Origin: Microbacterium sp. | Lineage (GTDB): Bacteria; Actinomycetota; Actinomycetes; Actinomycetales; Microbacteriaceae | Length of the DNA: 64,000 nucleotides | Assembly (NCBI RefSeq): GCF_052102115.1 | Contig: NZ_JBQDVP010000007.1 | Location: 1,605 to 65,604 of the forward strand | Direction: 5' to 3' | In this document: positions 39,334 to 49,250 of the stretch, in pieces | How positions within the stretch are numbered: position 1 is the first letter of the stretch | Layout: each line of letters opens with the position of its first letter | Notes under the pieces: generated by a model | Database searches by the model: none | Seen by the model: only the letters and a program-made list of their open reading frames with translations | What the model was told of the DNA's origin: nothing | Program-made: the position numbers and the translations under genes

Positions 39334-39351
39334 CATGTATGGTGATACATG
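39334..39351. promoter_or_regulatory. Putative PadR operator CATGTAT-GGTG-ATACATG
   Basis: 7-4-7 perfect palindrome containing ATGT-N8-ACAT, upstream of the SDR operon. Confidence 0.7.
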
Positions 39352-39386
39352 GTTTGATCGTGAGATCCGATGCGAGGAGTTGTCGA

Positions 39387-40127
39387 ATGCCGGAGAACGA
39401 AGCCAAGGTCGCGTTGATCGTCGGTGGGACCGGCGGAATCGGTGGTGAGACTGCGCGCCGATTGTCGGCAGCGGGCTGGCGCACCGTCATCACGGGTTCC
39501 CGTGAGCAGGCCGCGGGCGATGCGATCGCCGCCGACCTGCCCGGGTCTCACTACGTGCGCGCCGATATGGGTGATGCGGCGTCATCGTCGGTCGTCGTCG
39601 ACGCCGCGGTGGCGGCGTTCGGCCGCCTCGACGCGCTCGTGTACACCGCCGGTGCCACGGCGAAGATCCCGCATTCCGATCTCGCCGCCGTTACCGACGA
39701 CGTGTGGGAGCGCATCCTCACGCACAACATCGTCGCCATCTGGCGCACGATCCTCGCGGCCCAGCCGCACCTGCGCGCCAACGGCGACGGGGCGATCGTC
39801 GTCACGGGCGCGCTGGCGGGCGTTCACGTCGGCGGCAGCAGCATCCCCTATGCGGTCAGCAAGGCGGGCCTGCACCACCTGGTGAAGCTGCTCGGGCCCG
39901 TGCTCGCCCCGGAGGTGCGGATCAACGCCGTCGCCCCAGGCCTGGTCGAGACGCCCTGGACGAGCGATCCGGCGTGGGAGCCGCTCTACCAGTTCTGGCG
40001 CGAGAAGGCGCCGCTGGCCCGCGTCGGCGAGCCCGAGGACGTCGCAGAGGTCGTCCAGTCGCTCATCGAGTGGAAGTACGTCACCGGACGCACGATCGTC
40101 GTCGACGGTGGATTCTCGCTGGTCTGA
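39387..40127 (+). CDS. Short-chain dehydrogenase/reductase
   Basis: VGGTGGIG, YAVSK and NAVAPG motifs. Confidence 0.85.
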   Translation: MPENEAKVALIVGGTGGIGGETARRLSAAGWRTVITGSREQAAGDAIAADLPGSHYVRADMGDAASSSVVVDAAVAAFGRLDALVYTAGATAKIPHSDLAAVTDDVWERILTHNIVAIWRTILAAQPHLRANGDGAIVVTGALAGVHVGGSSIPYAVSKAGLHHLVKLLGPVLAPEVRINAVAPGLVETPWTSDPAWEPLYQFWREKAPLARVGEPEDVAEVVQSLIEWKYVTGRTIVVDGGFSLV

Positions 40128-40150
40128 ATCGAAGAAGGAGCACAACCCAG

Positions 40151-40684
40151 ATGGCCGAACACAACGTCACCCTCTCGGGCGCGGCGCCCGCGCCGACGAC
40201 CAGGAGGTTCCGCCGGCTCGTCACCGGTCTGGACGAGAGCGGCAAGGCCGTCTTCGTCTCAGACGGCGAGAGCCCCTCGGTGCAGGTCGTCGCGAACACG
40301 CCGACGTTCGTCGTCACGAACTTCTGGCAGCACGCCGAGGTGCCCGTCGACAACAACGCCCCGCTCGACGACGGCGTGAGCGGACCGGTGAGCCTCAACC
40401 CTCCCGCCGGCGGATCGGTCTTCCGCATCGTCGAGTTCCCGCCGGACTCGGACTGGTCGGATCGGCCGGACGGCCCGTCCGACCAGGTGCACGCGACACC
40501 GTCGCTCGACTACGCGCTCGTGATCGAGGGCGACGTCTGGGCCGTGCTCGACGGTGAGGAGCGCGAGATGCACCCCGGAGACGTGCTGATCCAGCGGGGC
40601 ACGCGCCACGCCTGGTCCAACCGCACCCAGAAAGCCGCACTCGTCGCCTTCACGCTCATCGGCGGCACCGCCGTCCAGGACTGA
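40151..40684 (+). CDS. Cupin domain protein
   Basis: RRLVTGLDESGKAV N-terminus; VHATPSLDYALV.EG and IQRGTRHAWSN cupin motifs. Confidence 0.8.
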   Translation: MAEHNVTLSGAAPAPTTRRFRRLVTGLDESGKAVFVSDGESPSVQVVANTPTFVVTNFWQHAEVPVDNNAPLDDGVSGPVSLNPPAGGSVFRIVEFPPDSDWSDRPDGPSDQVHATPSLDYALVIEGDVWAVLDGEEREMHPGDVLIQRGTRHAWSNRTQKAALVAFTLIGGTAVQD

Positions 40685-40704
40685 ACCCCGAAAGGAATCG
40701 CATC

Positions 40705-41634
40705 ATGGCCACAATCATCGGCAACATCAGCAGCTCCCACTCTCCGTTGTGGAACCTCAAGCCCGATCCCGAGCCGGGCAACCCCGGTGCGGAGTTCGTG
40801 TCGTACATCGCGAAGGCCCGTGAGATCGTCGAACGGCTCGCGCCCGACGCGATCGTGATCTTCGGCCCCGACCACGCGCGCGGCGTCTTCTACGATCTGC
40901 TCCCCGCCTTCAGCATTGGCGTGGAACGCGTCGTGGGCGCCGGCGACTACTTCACCCCCGACGGCGAGCTGCCGGTCGCGACGCAGCTGGGCATGGACAT
41001 CTTCCAAGGCGTGACCGCCCGCGGCTTCGACCCCGCGATCTCGCTCGACCTGAGGATCGACCACGGGCTCACCCAGGTGTACCAGCGACTGAACCCCGCC
41101 ATCGACATCCCGATCGTGCCGATCATCGTGAACTCCGGCACCTCGCCGCTGCCGACCTTCGCCCGCAGTTACGCGTTCGGCCAGGCCGTCGGCGCAGCCA
41201 TCGCCCAGAGCGACCTCGACGCCCGCGTCCTCGTCATCGGCTCGGGCGGCCTGTCGCACTGGCCGAACTCGATCGATGCCTTCGACACGTCGATCACTCC
41301 GGAGTGGCGCGACTTCCTGATCCACGGGCGCAACCAGGTCGAGGAGCGCGAGGCAGGACGCCAGGCCACCGCCCTCAAGCTCGCCGAGGGCGAAGCGTCC
41401 GGTGAGGTCAACGAGGAGTGGGATCGCGACATCCTGGAGCGGATCCAGGCCGACCCGAGCGTGCTCGGCCGCCTCGACGAGGAGAATATCGAGGTCACCG
41501 CGGGCCCCGGCGCGGGCGAGCTGCGCACGTGGGCGGCCGCCGCCGGCGCCTGGGGCGGATCCATCGCGTGGACCGGGTACGAGCCCGTGCACCGCTGGAT
41601 CACCGGCATGGGCGTCGTGTCGAGCGAGCAGTAG
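40705..41634 (+). CDS. LigB-superfamily extradiol dioxygenase (MhpB-like)
   Basis: SHSP, FGPDH, IDHG, GSGGLSH and ELRTW motifs. Confidence 0.82.
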   Translation: MATIIGNISSSHSPLWNLKPDPEPGNPGAEFVSYIAKAREIVERLAPDAIVIFGPDHARGVFYDLLPAFSIGVERVVGAGDYFTPDGELPVATQLGMDIFQGVTARGFDPAISLDLRIDHGLTQVYQRLNPAIDIPIVPIIVNSGTSPLPTFARSYAFGQAVGAAIAQSDLDARVLVIGSGGLSHWPNSIDAFDTSITPEWRDFLIHGRNQVEEREAGRQATALKLAEGEASGEVNEEWDRDILERIQADPSVLGRLDEENIEVTAGPGAGELRTWAAAAGAWGGSIAWTGYEPVHRWITGMGVVSSEQ

Positions 41635-41642
41635 GGGTCACG

Positions 41643-42506
41643 ATGCCGACCCTGGGAACGACCGAATACCGCACGCCCGCATTCTTCGGCCTCGAGGACC
41701 GATGGATCGAGACCGCGCCGGGTGAGACGACGCACTACCACGAGGCGGGGGAGGGGCTGCCCGTCGTCTTCCTGCACGGATCCGGCACCGGGGTCTCCGC
41801 CGCAGCCAACTGGTGGCGGACCCTTCCCGCGGTGAGCGGTCGGGTGCGGGCGATCGCCCCCGATCTGATCGGGTGGGGAGCCACCGTGCAGCCCGACACC
41901 GCCGCTTTCGGCATCCGGGAGTGGGGGGAGCACGCGCTCCGCCTGCTCGACGCCCTAGGGATCGAGCAGGCCTGGTTCGCGGGCAACTCGCTCGGAGGCT
42001 GGATCGCGCTGCAACTCGCACTCGACCATCCCGACCGGCTGCGGGGGATCGTGTCGATGGGCACCGGTGGTGCGATCGTCAAGACCGCCGCGATCGCGCA
42101 GCACCTCGATCCCGACATCTCGACCGAAGGCCTCAGGAACGCCTTCGGCAAGTTCGTCACCGACCCGTCGATGCTCGAGGACGACATGATCGCGGCCAGG
42201 CAGCAGATCGCCGAGTACGAGGTGAGCACCGGCCGGCTCGCCCGGGTCATGGCGGCGCGCGAACGGGATCGCCATGACCTGCCGCTGCGCCCCGAGCAGT
42301 TGGCGCGGCTGGCGTTGCCGGTGCTGCTCGTCCACGGCAAGCAGGATGTGGTGATCCCCGCCGAACGCACGTGGGAGCTCGCCGGGCAGATCCCGACCGC
42401 CGATGCGCTGGTGCTCAACGGCTGCGGGCACTGGTCGATGATCGAGCGCGCGAACGTGTTCAACCGCGCGCTCGTGGACTTCGTGACCGGCGCATGGCAG
42501 TGCTGA
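41643..42506 (+). CDS. Meta-cleavage product hydrolase (MhpC/BphD-like alpha/beta hydrolase)
   Basis: HGSGTG, GNSLGG nucleophile, HGKQD and CGHW motifs. Confidence 0.82.
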   Translation: MPTLGTTEYRTPAFFGLEDRWIETAPGETTHYHEAGEGLPVVFLHGSGTGVSAAANWWRTLPAVSGRVRAIAPDLIGWGATVQPDTAAFGIREWGEHALRLLDALGIEQAWFAGNSLGGWIALQLALDHPDRLRGIVSMGTGGAIVKTAAIAQHLDPDISTEGLRNAFGKFVTDPSMLEDDMIAARQQIAEYEVSTGRLARVMAARERDRHDLPLRPEQLARLALPVLLVHGKQDVVIPAERTWELAGQIPTADALVLNGCGHWSMIERANVFNRALVDFVTGAWQC

Positions 42507-42538
42507 GCCGCGCCGCGCGGCTGCCCTAGGATCCGAGC

Positions 42539-43228
42539 ATGTCTCTCGAGCACGTCATTCTCGGCTGGCTGAGCACCGGGCCGGGGTCGGGGTACGATCT
42601 CGTGCGCGCGATGGATTTCGGCGTCAACTGGTTCTGGTCGGCACCGCACAGTCAGATCTACCCGAAGCTGAGAGACCTCGAAGAGCGCGGTCTCGTCGAG
42701 TCGGCTCCGACCGTCGTCGGCGAACGACTGGAGAAGCGCATCTACTCGATCACCGAGGAGGGCCGCCGCGCGGTCGACTCCTGGGCGGGCGGGCCGCCGT
42801 CGTACCCGGCCAATCGCGACGTCGAGCGGATCAAGCTCATCTTCGGAGACACCGGAGACCTCAAGGCACTGCGCGTCCATTTCGAACGGCACCACGAGCA
42901 CTACCGGCAGCGCCGCGACGCCATGCGCGCCTTCCTCGACGAAGTCGACGGCCGCCGCCATCGGCGTATCGAGCACCGGATCGCCAGCCGACCCACCGAG
43001 GCGCACGGCGAACTGACCCTGGCCGTTCGCGAACTCGCCTATCGCGGCGACATCGCCCGTGCCGAGAACGAGATGTCGTGGGCCCGTGATGCCCTGGAAT
43101 GGCTGGATCGCTTCGAGGAGAAATGGGGCGTATTGAACGGTGTTCTCCCGCTGGATGGATCAGCGACACCGCCTTCGGAGACAACGGTGGCGATGATGCC
43201 GCGGATCTCTCCGGATCCGTTCCATTGA
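42539..43228 (+). CDS. PadR family regulator
   Basis: LEHVILGWL...SGYDL...HSQIYPKL..LE...YSITEEG. Confidence 0.88.
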   Translation: MSLEHVILGWLSTGPGSGYDLVRAMDFGVNWFWSAPHSQIYPKLRDLEERGLVESAPTVVGERLEKRIYSITEEGRRAVDSWAGGPPSYPANRDVERIKLIFGDTGDLKALRVHFERHHEHYRQRRDAMRAFLDEVDGRRHRRIEHRIASRPTEAHGELTLAVRELAYRGDIARAENEMSWARDALEWLDRFEEKWGVLNGVLPLDGSATPPSETTVAMMPRISPDPFH

Positions 43229-43234
43229 ATGGAA
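43220..43234. promoter_or_regulatory. Putative IclR operator TTCCATTGAATGGAA
   Basis: 7-1-7 palindrome upstream of mhpF; near-identical copy at 46771-46785. Confidence 0.65.
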
Positions 43235-43306
43235 TCCCGTAGCCAGTCGCTTGAAAGCCGTCGTTACAGTCATCCCAAACGCACGTCGAGCGCGAGAGGG
43301 AAACGC

Positions 43307-44254
43307 ATGGCGAAGACGAAGGTCGCGATCATCGGATCGGGGAACATCGGCACGGATCTCATGTTCAAGGTGATGCGCCTGAGCGAGGTCCTCGAGATGG
43401 GGGCGATGGTCGGCATCGATCCCGACTCGGACGGGCTGGCGCGGGCCGCACGGCTCGGCATCCCCACGACCGCTCAAGGTGTGGAAGGCCTCATCGGTCT
43501 GCCAGGGTTCGACGAGATCGAGATCGTCTTCGACGCCACCAGCGCAGGCGCGCACCGGCGCAACGCCGCGGCGCTCGAGCCGTACGGCAAGCTCATGGTG
43601 GACCTGACCCCGGCCGCCATCGGTCCGTACGTGGTGCCCGTGGCCAACCTCGACGAGCACCTGGATGCGACGAACGTGAACATGGTCACGTGCGGCGGCC
43701 AGGCGACGATCCCGATCGTGAGCGCGGTCAGCTCGGTCGTCCCGGTCCACTACGCCGAGATCGTCGCCTCGATCGCGTCGAAGTCGGCCGGACCGGGCAC
43801 GCGTGCGAACATCGACGAGTTCACCGAGACCACCTCGGCCGCGATCGAGCAGGTCGGCGGCGCTGCACGAGGCAAAGCCATCATCATCCTCAACCCGGCG
43901 GAGCCGCCGATGATCATGCGCGACACCGTGCTCCTCATCACCGACCGCCTGAGCGACCAGGAGCGTGGCGAGGTCGAAGCCGCGGTCGAGGCCCGGGTTG
44001 CGGCCGTGGCCGAGTACGTTCCGGGCTACCGCCTGAAGCAGGTCGTGCAGTTCAGCGACCAGGACTCCACAGTCGATCTGCTCGTGCCCGAAGCTCAGCG
44101 CACCGGCGCGTACACGAAGATCTCGGTCTTCCTCGAGGTCGAAGGCGCTGCCATGTATCTTCCGGCGTACGCCGGAAACCTCGACATCATGACCTCCGCC
44201 GCGGTGCGTACCGCCGAGCGGATGGTCTCCACGCGGAAGGCGGTCGTCGCATGA
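43307..44254 (+). CDS. mhpF: Acetaldehyde dehydrogenase (acylating)
   Basis: [34 protein letters not shown] and YAGNLDIMT motifs. Confidence 0.93.
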   Translation: MAKTKVAIIGSGNIGTDLMFKVMRLSEVLEMGAMVGIDPDSDGLARAARLGIPTTAQGVEGLIGLPGFDEIEIVFDATSAGAHRRNAAALEPYGKLMVDLTPAAIGPYVVPVANLDEHLDATNVNMVTCGGQATIPIVSAVSSVVPVHYAEIVASIASKSAGPGTRANIDEFTETTSAAIEQVGGAARGKAIIILNPAEPPMIMRDTVLLITDRLSDQERGEVEAAVEARVAAVAEYVPGYRLKQVVQFSDQDSTVDLLVPEAQRTGAYTKISVFLEVEGAAMYLPAYAGNLDIMTSAAVRTAERMVSTRKAVVA

Positions 44255-45255
44255 CGAAGATCTACCTGCAGGACGTCACCCTGCGCGACGGGATGCACGC
44301 GATCTCGCATCGCATCGAGCCTGCCAAGGCGGCTGAGATCGCCCGGGCTCTCGACGCGGCGGGCGTCGACGCGATCGAAGTCGCCCACGGCGACGGGCTG
44401 GCCGGATCCAGCCTGACGTACGGTGCCGGCTCGAACACCAACTGGGAGTGGATCGAGGCGGTCGCGGCCGCCGTCGAGAAGGCGGTCCTCACCACGTTGC
44501 TCCTTCCTGGCATCGGCACGATCTCCGACCTCCGCCGCGCGTACGACCTCGGGATCCGGTCGGTGCGGGTCGCCACGCACTGCACCGAAGCGGATGTCTC
44601 GCAGCAACACATCGAGACCGCCAAGTCGTGGGGCATGGACGTCTCGGGCTTTCTCATGATGTCGCACCTGAACGATCCGGCCGGCCTGGCGGCACAGGCC
44701 AAGCTGATGGAGTCCTACGGCGCGGACTGCGTCTACGTCACCGACTCGGCGGGCCGGCTCACCATGGACGGCGTGCGCGAGCGCGTCCGTGCCTACCGGG
44801 ACGTGCTGGACCCGAAGACCCAGATCGGGATCCATGCCCACCAGAACCTGTCGCTCGCGGTGGCGAACTCCGTGATCGCTGTCGAAGCCGGCGCGACCCG
44901 GGTGGACGCCTCGCTCGCCGGTCACGGCGCCGGCGCGGGCAACACGCCGATCGAGCCGTTCGTCGCCGTCGCGAAGCTGACGGGGTGGGATGTCGCGGCC
45001 GACGTCTTCGCACTGCAGGACGCGGCGGACGACCTCGTGCGCCCGCTGCACGACCGTCCGGTGCAGGTCGACCGCGAGACCCTCACGCTCGGCTACGCCG
45101 GCGTGTACTCGAGCTTCCTGCGTCACGCCGAGCGCGTCGGCGCGCAGTACGGCCTCGACGCGCGCGATCTGCTCGTGACCGTCGGCGAGCGGAAGCTCAT
45201 CGGCGGGCAGGAGGACATGATCGAAGACATCGCGCTGGACGCCTCCCGCGCCTGA
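44251..45255 (+). CDS. mhpE: 4-hydroxy-2-oxovalerate aldolase
   Basis: [31 protein letters not shown] and GGQEDMI motifs; ATGA-coupled to mhpF. Confidence 0.93.
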   Translation: MTKIYLQDVTLRDGMHAISHRIEPAKAAEIARALDAAGVDAIEVAHGDGLAGSSLTYGAGSNTNWEWIEAVAAAVEKAVLTTLLLPGIGTISDLRRAYDLGIRSVRVATHCTEADVSQQHIETAKSWGMDVSGFLMMSHLNDPAGLAAQAKLMESYGADCVYVTDSAGRLTMDGVRERVRAYRDVLDPKTQIGIHAHQNLSLAVANSVIAVEAGATRVDASLAGHGAGAGNTPIEPFVAVAKLTGWDVAADVFALQDAADDLVRPLHDRPVQVDRETLTLGYAGVYSSFLRHAERVGAQYGLDARDLLVTVGERKLIGGQEDMIEDIALDASRA

Positions 45256-45281
45256 CCTTCGGCGCCGAGCGCCTCCTCGGA

Positions 45282-45926
45282 TCAGTCGGTGAGATACCGG
45301 TAGATCCGGGGAAGGAGCTCGTCGGCCCGCTCGGCCCACCAGTCGATCTCGTCCTGCGGCAGCGGCCGGGGGGTTCCGGCGGCCAGCGCATCGAGCGCGA
45401 GGCGCGCGCTGCGTTCGAGCACCCACATCCGTGCGACCGCCTGTGCCGCATCCGTTCCCACGGTGACCGCCCCATTGCCGCGGAGGATGATCGCGCCAGA
45501 AGCGCCCGCGGCCTCGGCCAGCGCGTCTGCCGTGGCGCGGTCGCGCACCAGGCGCGAGCTCTCATGGATGTGCACGCCGTGCAGCATCGCGCCGTGGCCG
45601 CCGAGGACGGGCAGTGCGATGCCCAGGGCGCTGAATGCTGCGACCGCACGTGGCTGTGCGCGCACGATCGATCCGACCTCGGGCCGCGCGGCGGCCAGCG
45701 CAAGGTGCATCCATCCCTCCAGCGGCACGCCCGCGGGCAGCTCGTCGCTCGCGACGTCCACCCTGACCGGCGGGGCTTCGCCGGCCCGGCCGAGGGGCAC
45801 CGGTGGAGTGATCAGCAGGGAGCGTTCCCCCGCGCGGACGGACACGTGTCCGAATGCGTCGCTCAAGCCGGCCGCGGCCACGGCCGAGGCGGCCGTGCGC
45901 AGCTGTGTGGTCAGATCGTCGTTCAT
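45282..45926 (-). CDS. Class II aldolase/adducin-family protein
   Basis: FGHVSVR, E.WMH, ILRGNG motifs; some His ligands appear replaced (AQP, GNG). Confidence 0.7.
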   Translation of the reverse strand: MNDDLTTQLRTAASAVAAAGLSDAFGHVSVRAGERSLLITPPVPLGRAGEAPPVRVDVASDELPAGVPLEGWMHLALAAARPEVGSIVRAQPRAVAAFSALGIALPVLGGHGAMLHGVHIHESSRLVRDRATADALAEAAGASGAIILRGNGAVTVGTDAAQAVARMWVLERSARLALDALAAGTPRPLPQDEIDWWAERADELLPRIYRYLTD

Positions 45927-45983
45927 ACGCCTCCATCGTCCGGGCTAGGGTAACCGGAAACGCCGGAACCGCCGAGACGGATG

Positions 45984-46742
45984 TCAATCAGCGGAACCGA
46001 GTTGCGGAAGGCGTCGCACCTCGTCGCTGAGGGCCGTGGCCATGCCGCGCACCATCGGGATCGAACGGTCGACGTCGAGTCGCTCGCTCCAGCCCGAGAC
46101 CGAGATCGCGGCGACCGGGCTGCTTCGCCCGCTGCCGATGATCGGTGCCGCCACGCACGAGATTCCCGGCCCGGACTCCTCGATCTCGGTCGCGTAGCCC
46201 TTGCCGTGGATCTCGGCGAGGTCCTGCCGCAGCCGGGCTGCATCCGTGATCGTGTTGGGCCCGATCTTCCAGAGACCGCGCGCCTCCACCTGGTCGAGCA
46301 CCTCGGGCGGAGAGAAGGCGAGCAGGGCCTTGCCGACACCGGTGGCGAATGCCGGCAGCCGGCCTCCCACCCGGGACGGAAGACGCGGCGAGGTGGACGA
46401 GTGCAGGATCTCGATGTACACCACGGTCGTCTCCTCGAGCACCGCGAGGTGCACCGTGTTGCCGGTCGCGCGCCGCAGCTCCGCCATTCGGGGCAGCGCG
46501 AGCAGCCGCAGGCTCCGCGGCCGGGCGGCTTGCTGTCCGAGCTCGAAGATGCGGATGCCGAGCGAGAGCGACGAGCCGTGGCGTTCGAGCCAGCCGTAGT
46601 CGACGAGTTCGTTGGTGATGCGGGATGCCGTCGATTTGGCGAGCCCGGTGAGGCGCGAGATCTCGCCGAGGGTGATGGCGGGCGTGCCGTCGCTGAAGCA
46701 GTCGAGCACCATGCTCACGCGGCCGATCATCGAGTCCGGCAT
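45984..46742 (-). CDS. IclR family regulator
   Basis: ITLGEISRLTGLAKSTASR HTH; ATGVGKALLA and ISCVAAPI motifs. Start could be GTG 46790. Confidence 0.9.
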   Translation of the reverse strand: MPDSMIGRVSMVLDCFSDGTPAITLGEISRLTGLAKSTASRITNELVDYGWLERHGSSLSLGIRIFELGQQAARPRSLRLLALPRMAELRRATGNTVHLAVLEETTVVYIEILHSSTSPRLPSRVGGRLPAFATGVGKALLAFSPPEVLDQVEARGLWKIGPNTITDAARLRQDLAEIHGKGYATEIEESGPGISCVAAPIIGSGRSSPVAAISVSGWSERLDVDRSIPMVRGMATALSDEVRRLPQLGSAD

Positions 46743-46770
46743 GTCCTTCGAAGGGGTTATGGCGCCGGCG

Positions 46771-46785
46771 TTCCATTCAGTGGAA
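46771..46785. promoter_or_regulatory. Putative IclR operator TTCCATTCAGTGGAA
   Basis: Lies between the divergent iclR and mhpD-like genes; matches 43220-43234. Confidence 0.65.
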
Positions 46786-46857
46786 TCCACGTTGCCAGTG
46801 TCGTTCGTCGGGCGCCTAATAGTCAAACCAGCAAGTCCGAAAGACGACGAGGTCACA

Positions 46858-47649
46858 TTGTCCAACCAGCCGATTAACGCACTCGTGACGGCGCTGTCCG
46901 GCGCCTACACCACAGGCGCGCCGATCGAGCCGCTGAGCGCCACGACGCCCGGCCTCACGGTCGACGACGCCTACGCGATCCAGCTGGCTCAGGTCGCCGC
47001 CTGGCAGGCGGAGGGCCGCCGGATCCGCGGGCACAAGGTGGGTCTGACCGCACTCGCGATGCAGCGCCAGCTCGGTGTGGATCAGCCCGACTACGGGCAC
47101 CTGTTCGACGACATGTTCTTCCTCGACTCGGCGCCGATCCCGGCAGGCCGGTTCATCGCCCCGCGCGTCGAGCCCGAGTTCGCATTCGTGCTCTCGCGCC
47201 CCCTGGCCGGGCCGGGCATCACGATCGCCGACGCCATCAGGGCGGTCGACTGCGTGCTCGGGTCGATCGAGATCATCGACTCGCGCATCGCCGACTGGAA
47301 GATCGGCCTGGTCGACACGATCGCCGACAACGCCTCCAGCGGCGGCGTGGTGCTCGGTAGCCGCCCGATGCGGCTCGATGAGCTCAACCTCGTGACCGCC
47401 GGCTGCACGCTCACCAAGAACGGCGTCGTCGTCGGAACCGGAGCGGGAGGCGCCGTCCTCGGCTCGCCGCTGAACGCTCTGGTCTGGCTCGCGAATCGGC
47501 TCGGCGACCTCGGCACGCAGCTCGACGAAGGCGCCGTCGTCCTGCCCGGTTCGATCTGCGCCGCCGTCCCGGTGGCGGCCGGCGATTCGGTCACCGCGGA
47601 CTTCGGCCCGCTCGGCACCGTCACCGCACGATTCACGGAGGAGGGCTAG
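46858..47649 (+). CDS. mhpD: 2-keto-4-pentenoate hydratase
   Basis: DAYAIQ, GHKVGLT, PRVEPE, EIIDSRI and ADNASSG motifs; TTG start after GAGG. Confidence 0.85.
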   Translation: MSNQPINALVTALSGAYTTGAPIEPLSATTPGLTVDDAYAIQLAQVAAWQAEGRRIRGHKVGLTALAMQRQLGVDQPDYGHLFDDMFFLDSAPIPAGRFIAPRVEPEFAFVLSRPLAGPGITIADAIRAVDCVLGSIEIIDSRIADWKIGLVDTIADNASSGGVVLGSRPMRLDELNLVTAGCTLTKNGVVVGTGAGGAVLGSPLNALVWLANRLGDLGTQLDEGAVVLPGSICAAVPVAAGDSVTADFGPLGTVTARFTEEG

Positions 47650-47652
47650 ACC

Positions 47653-48438
47653 GTGGCTTTCGATCAGATCGTCGACCGTCTGCTGGCAGCCGAGACCGAC
47701 CGCACCGACGTCGTCTCTTTCGCGGAGGAGTTCCCGCACTTCACCCCCGAGGACGCCTACCGCGCGCAGCACGCGCTCATCGAGCGCAAGGTCGCCGGCG
47801 GCGAGCGGATCATCGGCGTCAAGCTCGGTCTCACCTCGCGCGCGAAGCAGCAGCGCATGGGGATTTCGTCTCCGCTGACCGCCGTGGTCACCGACGCGAT
47901 GCACCTCGACCCCGGTGTGCCGATCCCGTACGACAGGCTCATCCACCCGCGCGTCGAGCCCGAGATCGTGTTCGTCCTCGGCTCCGACCTCACCGGGCCG
48001 GGAGTGACTCCCGAGACCGCGCTTCGTGCCGTGGCATCGGTGCACGCCGGGCTCGAGGTCATCGACAGCCGCTACCGCGACTTCAAGTTCTCGCTCGCCG
48101 ACGTGATCGCAGACAACGCGTCGAGCAGCTACTTCGCGGTCGGCGGCACCGCAGTGGGTGTGGCGGGGCTCGATCTGGCGAACGAAGCCTGCGTGCTCCG
48201 TGTCAACGGGCAGGTCGTGGACTCCGCTACGGGTGCCGCCGTGCAGGGGCATCCCGCAGCTGCTCTTTCGCTCGCCGCCAACGCGCTCGGCGCGCGGGGC
48301 ATTTCGATTCCTGCGGGATCGATCGTGCTCACCGGAGGCCTCACGGATGCCGTCCCGATCGCACCGGGTGACAGCGTCACCGTGGAGTTCACGACGCTCG
48401 GCAGCGTCACCGTGAGCGTTCACGGAGGTGACGCATGA
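47653..48438 (+). CDS. 4-oxalocrotonate decarboxylase (DmpH/XylI-like)
   Basis: GVKLGLTSRAKQQRMG, HPRVEPE, EVIDSRY.DFKF and GAAVQGHPA motifs. Confidence 0.8.
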   Translation: MAFDQIVDRLLAAETDRTDVVSFAEEFPHFTPEDAYRAQHALIERKVAGGERIIGVKLGLTSRAKQQRMGISSPLTAVVTDAMHLDPGVPIPYDRLIHPRVEPEIVFVLGSDLTGPGVTPETALRAVASVHAGLEVIDSRYRDFKFSLADVIADNASSSYFAVGGTAVGVAGLDLANEACVLRVNGQVVDSATGAAVQGHPAAALSLAANALGARGISIPAGSIVLTGGLTDAVPIAPGDSVTVEFTTLGSVTVSVHGGDA

Positions 48439-49250
48439 GCACGGTGTCGATCACGACGGTTCCGGATGCCGCGAAGAAGAGGTTCTTCGACTCGCGACCG
48501 GTTCAAGGCATCACGGGCGTCGTCGTCCTCATCCTGGTGATGGAGATCCTCTCGCGTACCGGAGTGATCCCCACGACCGTGCTCCCTCCCGTCTCGGAGG
48601 TCCTCGCGCAGATCCCGGTCCTTCTCGTAGACCCCGCGTTCCTCGTCGACATCGGTTCCACGATGCAGGCGTGGGCGATCGGTCTGGCCATCGCGGTGCT
48701 GGTCGGGGTGCCCGCCGGATTGCTCCTGGGGTCGTTCCGGCTCCTCTACGAGGGCTCCCGCGGCGTGATCGAGATGCTTCGCCCGATTCCTTCGGTCGCA
48801 CTCATTCCTCTTGCGGTCCTCGTCCTCGGGCTGAGCACCGAGATGAAGGTGGCGCTGGTCGTCTACGCCTCGATCTGGCCGATCCTGTTCAACACGCTGT
48901 ACGGCGTGCGTGACATCGAACCGGTGACCAAAGAGACGGCACGCACGTTCCGCACCTCCCCCGGTGAGCTGATCGGCCGCGTCCTGCTCCCGGCGGCGGC
49001 GCCCTTCGCGTTCACCGGCGTGCGCATCTCGGCTTCGATCGCGCTCATCGTGACCATCAGCGCGGAGTTGCTCGCAGGCACGCCGACGGGTATCGGCTCG
49101 TTCATCATGCGCATCTCGGCCGCGGGCGGTGACACCGCCGTCGTCCTGGCAGCCACGATCATCGCGGGCGTGATCGGAGTGCTGGTCAACGTGGTGCTCC
49201 AGTTCATCGAACGGCGGACGTTCCGCTGGCGGGAGGCATCCAACTCATGA
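48435..49250 (+). CDS. NitT/TauT-type ABC permease
   Basis: LRPIPSVALIP and IWPILFNT motifs, EAA-like loop. Confidence 0.88.
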   Translation: MSTVSITTVPDAAKKRFFDSRPVQGITGVVVLILVMEILSRTGVIPTTVLPPVSEVLAQIPVLLVDPAFLVDIGSTMQAWAIGLAIAVLVGVPAGLLLGSFRLLYEGSRGVIEMLRPIPSVALIPLAVLVLGLSTEMKVALVVYASIWPILFNTLYGVRDIEPVTKETARTFRTSPGELIGRVLLPAAAPFAFTGVRISASIALIVTISAELLAGTPTGIGSFIMRISAAGGDTAVVLAATIIAGVIGVLVNVVLQFIERRTFRWREASNS

